A stretch of 20,000 bases of DNA, from IMG/VR virus record IMGVR_UViG_3300008261_000010. The stretch is one strand, 5' to 3'. This stretch comes from an uncultured virus (IMG/VR IMGVR_UViG_3300008261_000010) (Duplodnaviria; Heunggongvirae; Uroviricota; Caudoviricetes). Below, one piece after another: positions 15,699 through 20,000 of this stretch. The position numbers and the translations under genes are program-made. Numbering within the stretch: the first letter of the stretch is position 1; each line of letters starts with the position of its first letter. The notes beneath the pieces are model-generated. The model was not told where the DNA came from. It worked only from the letters and a program-made list of their open reading frames with translations, and did not search any database.

Positions 15699-16898
15699 AT
15701 GCCGGCCATTCGCATCGCTGGTCGCGATTACGAAGAGATTGCGGTCCGGCAAATACGCGACCCAATTCAGACATCCATTACCAGCATTGCGCTGCCAACA
15801 GGCGCAGCTACTGAAGCAACGCTGGCTCAGGTTCGGGACGCGATCAAGGCGACGATCGACCTTGAGAGCACGATCTGGACGGATGACTCCGGGGCGTACT
15901 ACGTCAGAAGGGACACGGTCGACGAAGGTACAGGTGCCATCACGATCGCGTGGACCGCGCCCGACGGTACTGCGGCGACACCCGGCGCAGGGCTTAGGCC
16001 TTTGTCCAGCGCGGATCGCGACGTTACCCAGGCACTCTTCGTTGCCACTAACAGCGGAACTGGCTACACATCGGGAGACTTCCTAGCGAGGTTGTTGATC
16101 CTGGACGTGACCCCAGCCACACCAGTGATTACACAGGTGTGGTACAACCTCACGTCCGGTTCGGTGATTGCCGCACCGAATTCAGCGCATGTCACGCCAA
16201 GCGACGAATCAGTTACCGTCGCGTCGTCAGCACTCCCAACGGGGGCCGCTACAGAAGCGAAGCAGGACACGTTGATCGGGCATGTCGATGGTGTCGAGGC
16301 CTTGCTTGGAACCATCGACGCCGATACGGGGAGTATTGATAGCAAGGTCCCCAGTGGCCTGACGGTTAGCAGTACCCGGCTACTGGTGGATGGTAGTGGT
16401 GTTACGCAGCCCATTAGTGCATCAGCTCTACCGCTGCCAAGCGGCGCTGCCACGGAGGTCAAGCAGGAGCTCCTAATCACTCATGTGGACGGGGTTGAGA
16501 CCCTGCTAGGGACGATTGATGCCGATACCGGAAGTATTGATGCGAAGCTCCCTTCCGGGTTAACCGTTACCAGCACTCGGCTTCTTGTTGATGGCAGTGG
16601 GGTCACGCAGCCGACGACTGTTACAGCGAGAACGCCAACTACGACAAGCATCAGCAGCAGCGCAACAAGCGTGACGATCCTGGCGTCAAATGCGAGTCGC
16701 AAGGGGTTCTCTATCGCCAATGTGAGCACAGCAAAGCTGTATCTAAGCTTCAGCAATCCAGCGACAACGACCAACGCGTTTGTCGAGTTGCCCGCTGGCG
16801 GCTTCTTACTGCTAGATCAGCAACTGATTGTCACCAATGCGATCCATGGCATCTGGTCAGCGGCCAGCGGCACGGCTCAAGTAACGGAGTACGTCTGA
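15699..16898 (+). CDS. Tail fibre/shaft-like protein with internal 67-aa repeats
   Basis: LP(T/S)GAATE.KQ..LI.HVDGVE.LLGTIDADTGSID.K.PSGLTV.STRLLVDGSGVTQP occurs twice; small beta-rich C-terminal domain. Confidence 0.7.
   Translation: MPAIRIAGRDYEEIAVRQIRDPIQTSITSIALPTGAATEATLAQVRDAIKATIDLESTIWTDDSGAYYVRRDTVDEGTGAITIAWTAPDGTAATPGAGLRPLSSADRDVTQALFVATNSGTGYTSGDFLARLLILDVTPATPVITQVWYNLTSGSVIAAPNSAHVTPSDESVTVASSALPTGAATEAKQDTLIGHVDGVEALLGTIDADTGSIDSKVPSGLTVSSTRLLVDGSGVTQPISASALPLPSGAATEVKQELLITHVDGVETLLGTIDADTGSIDAKLPSGLTVTSTRLLVDGSGVTQPTTVTARTPTTTSISSSATSVTILASNASRKGFSIANVSTAKLYLSFSNPATTTNAFVELPAGGFLLLDQQLIVTNAIHGIWSAASGTAQVTEYV
16233..16615 (+). repeat. Tandem coding repeat, 201-nt period, two copies
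   Basis: Copies start at 16233 and 16434; protein nearly identical, DNA diverged at third positions. Partial third copy ALPTGAATEA near 15790. Confidence 0.85.
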
Positions 16899-17275
16899 TG
16901 TCCATCTTCTTCGCGCCGGGCGTAGGCCTGGATACGGCTCAGACATGGACCCAAGGGCAGCGTGGTGAAGTCACCGTCTTATCGGATGGGGCAACCGTCA
17001 CTCCAGATTTTGCGGATTCGAACCACTTCAGCCTCGTAATCGGTGGCAATCGGACACTGGCAAACCCGACTAATCTGGTAGCGGGCCAGTCCGGTTGTAT
17101 TTGGATTACGCAAGACGGCACCGGTTCCCGGACCCTGGCCTATGGCAGCTACTGGGACTTCACTGGCGGCACCGCACCAACACTGACAACAACGGCTGCG
17201 GCTGTTGATTGCCTCGCCTATTCCGTGCAGAGTAGCACCAAGATCACAGCAACCCTGATCGCAAACCTCAGCTGA
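16898..17275 (+). CDS. Tail fibre adaptor-like protein (125 aa)
   Basis: TGATG-coupled at both ends. AQTWT.GQRG...VTPDF...N.FSL....TL.NP.N.VAGQSG...TQD.TG..LAYGSYW.F.GG..P is shared with the C-terminus of 14823..15638. Confidence 0.75.
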   Translation: MSIFFAPGVGLDTAQTWTQGQRGEVTVLSDGATVTPDFADSNHFSLVIGGNRTLANPTNLVAGQSGCIWITQDGTGSRTLAYGSYWDFTGGTAPTLTTTAAAVDCLAYSVQSSTKITATLIANLS

Positions 17276-20000
17276 TGATTCCCGGAAGCGCCACCCCCCT
17301 GCTGCTTAATAGCGCAACATCTTCTGGCGGGTACCAGATAGAAAGAAGCCTGCGATTCAATAGTAGTGACAGTGCCTACTTGTCTAGGACGCCGGCATCG
17401 GCGGGCAACAGGAAGACGTGGACCTGGGCGGGGTGGGTGAAGAGGAGTGGGTTGGGGACAGATCAGGCTCTATTTGATTGCCGTCCAGTTGTGTCGGACA
17501 GTCAATTCTCTATCTTTTATCTAAAAAACACCAATACATTAGAGTTCTCAGGTCCAACAACGACATGGTTTACGACCAGCGCAGTATTTAGAGATTGTTC
17601 GGCGTGGATGCACATAGTTCTGGCGCTTGATACAACTCAAGCAACAGCAGGCGACAGAATAAAGCTGTACGTAAACGGTTCACAAGTAACTGCGTTTTCA
17701 ACCTCTGCCAACCCCAGCCAGAACGCTGATTTAGGCATAAACCAGGCAGCCGTTCACGGCATTGGGGCTGCAACTACACCTACTGGATACCTTTCCGGCT
17801 ACCTCGCCGACATCCACTTCATCGACGGCCAAGCCCTAGACCCCAGCAGCTTCACAGAAGTCAGTGCCACTACTGGGCGTCTTGAACCTAAGGCTTACAG
17901 CGGTCCTACCCCCACCGGCAACAGCTTCTGGCTGCCGTTCAGCGATAACTCGGCCGCAACTGCAACGACCCTTGGGAAAGACGAGTTCTTGTTGGGGAAT
18001 AATTGGAGTGTAAATAACATACGAGTGACACCTACGGGGAGGTTGCTAGCGGAGGTATTAGGAGCGACTCCTTCGCTTCCAGCATTCAACTATGTGTACC
18101 ATTTAACAGTGGCAGCACTACGGATGTTTCCCCGACAGGGAGAACTTCATCCACACGAGCTGGGACAGTTTCTAATGTTTCTTCTACCACAACCTCGTCA
18201 AAGTTCTATGGATCATCAGCCCGCTTTGCATCTGGGTCCATTAACTACGGCATAGTTGCCGCTGCCGCTGTAAATTCTTCAAATAATCACACATTTGAAG
18301 GCTGGTTTCGTCTTGATAATGTCTCGGTAAATAATACGCTATTTGCTCATTACAACTACGAGGACGGTTGGGTTGAGCAAGGATGGCTGATACGCGTCGT
18401 GTCTTCACAGCTAGTTGTCCGCAACGCTACAAGTGGCTTGCAACTGACATCCAGAGCTCTGTCATCTAATGCCTGGTATCACTTTGCTGTTACATTTAAC
18501 GGGCTCGCGTGCAAGGTTTATCTCGACGGTGAGTTACAAGCAAGTACGTCAAATTTTGGAACGCCAGGAGTTACAAGCAATCGCTTTCTTATTGGGGCAA
18601 GTTTCTATTACGGCTCGGTGCAGGGGCCTATTACTGGATACCTTCAGGATTTTAGGTGGTACGACTACGTTAAATACACAACTAGCTTCAGTCCGCCAAG
18701 TGCAACTTTAAACGCAACGATTGCTGCAGGCAACGACAGCCTCGTAGACACCCCGGTTTCGGGGTCGCAGGTAGATACGCAACTTGGAGTTCAACCACAC
18801 GGGTGGTGGTGGCGTATGGCGTACTGGTCTTGGCACCATCGCCGTCACCAGCGGCAAGTGGTACTGGGAAATGGTGCCAACGGTTGATGCCAATGCAATG
18901 ATCGGAATTGTTAGATCTGACTGGAGCCCAACAGCAAATAGCTCTCAGTTCTGGGATTCGGCTGGCGGTTATGGCTATCTAAACAATGGCCTTAAGTACA
19001 ACAACGCATCGAGTGGTTCATATGGTGCAAGTTTCACAACCAATGACGTGATCGGTATTGCACTTGATTTGAATGCCGGCACCTTGGTGTTTTACAAAAA
19101 TGGTGTCAGCCAAGGCACCGCGTACTCAAGCTTGACAGGAACTTTTAAGCCAGCGTTTGGAGCGTATCAAACCTGCAAAGGTATCGCCAACTTCGGCCAA
19201 CGCCCCTTCGCCTACACCGCCCCCAGCGGCTTCAAGGCGCTGTGCGATACCAACCTGCCCGCCCCAGTAGTCGCCAAGCCTTCGACGGCGATGGACGTGA
19301 AGCTCTACACCGGCAATGGCAGCACGCAGACTATTTCGGGGTTGGGTTTTGAACCTGACATGGTGTGGTTAAAACGCAGAAGCGCCACAGCAAACAATCG
19401 GATTTACGATCAAATCCGTGGAGCAACCAAATCCATTTACACCGATCTCACTGATGCAGAGGGTACGGAATCAACTGGTTTGACGGCATTCACCTCGACA
19501 GGTTTTAGCCTTGGTGATCAAGCTGGTCACAACAGCCTTAATGGCACGTTTGTTGGCTGGTGCTGGGACGCCGGCAGCTCCACCGTCACAGATAACACAG
19601 GTTCCATACAAAGCACTCGGCGGACTAATGCGACGGCAGGCATATCTATAGTCAGTTGGTCTGCATCTGGAACGTCGTCAACCCAAACCGTTGGGCACGG
19701 GCTCGGCGTGACCCCGCAATTCATTATCACGAAATCAAGGACAACAGCAGGATATAACTGGAATGTATATCATCCAGCCCTGGCTTCTGGGTACAACCTG
19801 TTTCTTCAGCTAACAAACGCTGCAGAGGCTGCGCCTTTGCATGGGTGGTTGGGTGCTCCAACTTCATCAGTTATTACGCTTACGAAGGGGTCCAGTAGCA
19901 ACACAAACGTAAACATTGGGGATATGATTGCCTACTGCTGCGCCCCAGTAGCCGGGTACTCTTCTTTCGGCAGCTACACCGGCAATGGCAGCGCAGATGG
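17275..20000 (+). pseudogene. Tail fibre/receptor-binding gene (LamG - LamG - SPRY - beta-repeat) interrupted by two frame breaks; 3' truncated by window edge
   Basis: Frame 1 from 17275 to ~18020: LamG-like (SLRFN..DSAYL, TW.GWVKR, FRD.SAWMHIV, FIDGQALDP). Frame 3 from 18018 to ~18780: second LamG (TFEGWF, AWYHFAVT...VYLDG, GYLQDFR). Frame 1 from 18781 to the end: SPRY (NL...SGKWYWE, DVIGIALD, ANFGQRPF) and YTGNG repeats. Whether this is a true pseudogene or an assembly artefact is unresolved. Confidence 0.7.

Noticed and set aside
18021..18255. C-terminal ~78 aa of the ORF-track protein 17275..18255, and the tail of 18399..18887 after 18780
   Set aside because: Out-of-frame run-on; the domain-like sequence continues in another frame.
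17275..20000. Diversity-generating retroelement or invertase shufflon acting on the fibre gene
   Set aside because: No reverse transcriptase, adenine-specific TR/VR pair, recombinase or inverted crossover sites are visible in this window.
1..20000. tRNA, rRNA, CRISPR array, integrase/att site, tape measure or sheath gene
   Set aside because: None recognised, so prophage versus free phage and tail morphology cannot be decided from this window.

Overview
This 20 kb window is the morphogenesis region of a high-GC tailed dsDNA phage or prophage, most likely a cyanophage. The evidence is a CP12-like gene, a cyanophage-type small basic RGQGK peptide and recurrent TAGAAT-type -10 boxes. The + strand carries the portal C-terminus, an overlapping scaffold-like gene, a lysozyme plus M15 peptidase endolysin, the major capsid protein, a second capsid-associated protein, an HhH protein, a connector-like gene, several hypothetical virion proteins, a SWIM-like protein and tail-fibre/adaptor genes. 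It ends in a LamG-LamG-SPRY receptor-binding gene interrupted by two compensating frame breaks. A minus-strand island (4127-7077) lies between the lysin region and the capsid gene. It holds two overlapping LAGLIDADG-fold genes (one apparently catalytically degenerate) facing the capsid gene across a palindromic bidirectional -10 element, a densely structured ~175 nt non-coding segment, a 54-aa truncated CP12-like gene and a 43-aa basic peptide gene (both absent from the ORF track), and two structural-looking genes. All family assignments come from motif recognition by eye; no searches were run.
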